Source: a virus. Taken from it: 24,547 bases of DNA. The position numbers and the translations under genes are program-made. The stretch spans positions 11,099 through 35,645 of the IMG/VR virus record IMGVR_UViG_3300029573_000021; one strand, written 5' to 3'. Position 1 is the stretch's first letter; the number at the start of each line of letters is the position of its first letter. Positions 22,966 to 24,547 of this stretch are shown here, piece after piece. The notes beneath the pieces are model-generated. The model did no database searches, was not told the DNA's origin, and saw only the letters and a program-made list of their open reading frames with translations.

Positions 22966-23706
22966 CTATTCCCGGAGGTTGTAGTTGATCTCACGGTACG
23001 ATTGCCAATCACACGTGATGATGATGCCGCAAAGGTGGATGCGGGAAACAATGGCTGGTCCAAGACGATCTTCCAGGGCTGTAGGGTTGTAGTTGGCGAT
23101 AAGGATGGTCGGCTTGCCGTTCTGGTGCCGGTAGTCAATGAGCCGTTCCAGCGCCGGGCCTGTAAAGTCCGTGTCCTTTACCTCGTGATACTCGTCCAGG
23201 ACCAGCAGATAAGGCGACTTGTAGCGGGCCATGACAGAGGATTCAGAGCCGCCGCCGTTGAACGTCTCCCTCAAAGCCATCGTGTAATCGTAAGCCTTGG
23301 AATAAAGGACGCGCTTCTTGCGCCGGTACATGACGCGGGCAAGAAACGTGCTTAAAACCGTTTTCCCGGTGCCGTAGCGTCCGTTTAGTACAATGATACT
23401 CCCAGGAGTCAAAACAAGGCGGTAGGCATCACGGAGGGCCTTCTTCCATGGTTCTCCGGTCACTTCGTCGAGGCAATCAATCGCCCGGCGAGGAAAGCCT
23501 CGGTCAACCAGGCCCAGGCGTTCATAGGTTGCCTTGCGTTCTTCCTCCCGCTGTTTCTCGGCGGCGAGCGCTTCCGCTTCCAGTTCTTCAATGCTTCTTC
23601 CGTCATCCGTGGCAAGCGCTGTCATGGATGCCAAGAGGCTTTCAATGTCGGCACCTTTGAGGGCGTGCCGGGCGTCAATGGGGTCGTCAGTCTGTCCAGA
23701 GTTCAT
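22966..23706 (-). CDS. DnaC / IstB-like AAA+ helicase loader (246 aa from ATG 23706; ORF track start 23754)
   Basis: It has Walker A (NGRYGTGKT) and Walker B (LLVLDEYHE). The ATG at 23706 gives a 20-nt overlap with the Rep stop, against 68 nt for 23754. Confidence 0.8.
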   Translation of the reverse strand: MNSGQTDDPIDARHALKGADIESLLASMTALATDDGRSIEELEAEALAAEKQREEERKATYERLGLVDRGFPRRAIDCLDEVTGEPWKKALRDAYRLVLTPGSIIVLNGRYGTGKTVLSTFLARVMYRRKKRVLYSKAYDYTMALRETFNGGGSESSVMARYKSPYLLVLDEYHEVKDTDFTGPALERLIDYRHQNGKPTILIANYNPTALEDRLGPAIVSRIHLCGIIITCDWQSYREINYNLRE

Positions 23707-24454
23707 CTCTTCGTGATGGTTTAGGTGTTGATTTTGATGCGGTTCCCGCGGCATTGGCGGGTTTCAATCCGGCATCGGCAACATTGTTCCGGGCCCAGGT
23801 AGCGGCGTATTGGCGGGCCAGCGGTCGCCAATCCGAGAGAGGCACGCCGTGCCTGTTCCGCCACCCAACGGCGGACTGTTCGTCGAAAAAACGTTCGGCA
23901 CACCGTGTCAGCTCGTCTCCGATCGGGTGTAAAGCCTGGGCGGCCATAAAACGGTCCACCTCGGAAACGTCCTGCGGAAATTGGCGGACTTCGCGCCCGG
24001 TTGTAGTTGTAGTAGTAGTATTATCTTCTCTTCTCTTCTCTGGTAACGGTTTTTGTAACGCTCCGAGCGTTACATTTGCGTTACATGTTTTTGTAACTCG
24101 CTCATTATGAGCTTTTCTACTATTCGCAACACGGCGGTTCGTATTGGCCCTATTTTTAGCGGTTTGGCCGTTGTGGCGGTCAAAATTGGGGATTGAAAGG
24201 AGGCCCTCGCGTCCATTCAACCAGCCGACTTTGACAAGCCCAGCGGCGAAACCGGGGCAGAATACGAGACGGTCGAGAAACGAATTTGTAACGGTGATGG
24301 CGTTACCAGAGACGGATTGCTGATCGGCCCAAATCCAGAGGCGAAGAAGCTTGCCAACCACGGCATCCTGATCAATTCCAAGGATGCCGGCCAGCTTCAC
24401 CACTTCCGGTTTGTCGGGCGTCGTGTGTTCAACTTTGATCCAGTCTCCGGCCAT
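23687..24454 (-). CDS. phage replisome organizer / replication initiator-like protein (255 aa)
   Basis: The N-terminus WIKVEHTTPDKPEVVKLAGILGIDQDAVVGKLLRLWIWADQQ resembles phage replisome-organizer N-terminal domains. A poly-Thr linker follows, then a C-terminal domain. It lies immediately upstream of the DnaC-like gene. Confidence 0.65.
   Translation of the reverse strand: MAGDWIKVEHTTPDKPEVVKLAGILGIDQDAVVGKLLRLWIWADQQSVSGNAITVTNSFLDRLVFCPGFAAGLVKVGWLNGREGLLSIPNFDRHNGQTAKNRANTNRRVANSRKAHNERVTKTCNANVTLGALQKPLPEKRREDNTTTTTTTGREVRQFPQDVSEVDRFMAAQALHPIGDELTRCAERFFDEQSAVGWRNRHGVPLSDWRPLARQYAATWARNNVADAGLKPANAAGTASKSTPKPSRRDELWTD
23999..24098. repeat. origin-like repeat cluster inside the rep gene
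   Basis: The cluster holds (GTA/GTT)n, then (CTTCT)x3 at 24025-24039. There is a perfect 10-1-10 palindrome TGTAACGCTC-C-GAGCGTTACA at 24054-24074. GCGTTACAT occurs twice with an 11-nt period (24067 and 24078). GTTTTTGTAAC occurs twice (24049 and 24087). Five GTAAC/GTTAC cores fall within 55 bp. Confidence 0.45.
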
Positions 24455-24455
24455 A

Positions 24456-24547
24456 CTAAAAAAGCGTCAGTTGGGGGTTGTAGTTAATCCACAGGCATTC
24501 CACACGTGGACTGCTCATGTTGGAAATGGTCTTGATGGAGTCCTTGT
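24456..24547 (-). CDS. 3' end of an upstream minus-strand ORF (partial; ...KDSIKTISNMSSPRVECLWINYNPQLTLF*)
   Basis: The frame is open to the window edge. The TAG stop at 24458-24456 lies 1 nt before the Rep ATG (TAGTATG), which suggests operon coupling. Function is unknown. Confidence 0.35.
   Translation of the reverse strand, partial: KDSIKTISNMSSPRVECLWINYNPQLTLF

Overview
The window is almost entirely one temperate, siphovirus-like prophage at about 55-58% GC. The flavour resembles Verrucomicrobia or Akkermansia, but that is a guess I cannot test. An integrase 3' end lies at the left edge (1-200, + strand). A long minus-strand late operon runs from 20574 down to 233. In transcription order it encodes TerS, TerL, a tRNA, portal, protease/scaffold, decoration protein, major capsid, connector and neck proteins, a collagen-like fibre, a lysis cassette, a tail protein with tandem BACON/Ig-like domains, tape measure, a membrane moron, a tail-tip protein and a glycosyltransferase-like gene. 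A divergent promoter region sits at 20575-20678. A plus-strand accessory block follows at 20679-22903; its right-hand part, about 21050-22910, is a clear low-GC island. The block encodes a tandem zinc-ribbon protein, a very acidic small protein and a protein with seven tandem HTH repeats. The minus-strand replication module at 22966-24454 encodes a DnaC/IstB-like ATPase and a replisome-organizer-like Rep with an origin-like repeat cluster inside it. The main finding concerns translation starts. Seven late genes (TerS, TerL, portal, major capsid, a 216-aa structural protein, the collagen-like fibre and the tail-tip protein) have clearly coding 5' extensions with no ATG, GTG or TTG. Each has an in-frame AGG exactly where the start codon should be. 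AGG is otherwise nearly absent from these genes. Between TerL and portal lies a 74-nt cloverleaf tRNA with anticodon CCU, which reads AGG. Its acceptor stem copies the hallmarks of bacterial initiator tRNA-fMet: a C1xA72 mismatch, G2:C71, C3:G70, A73 and an encoded CCA. I interpret this as a phage-encoded initiator-type tRNA that reassigns AGG as the start codon of a late-gene regulon. All product names come from motif recognition by eye, because no database search was possible. I saw no CRISPR array, rRNA or IS element.
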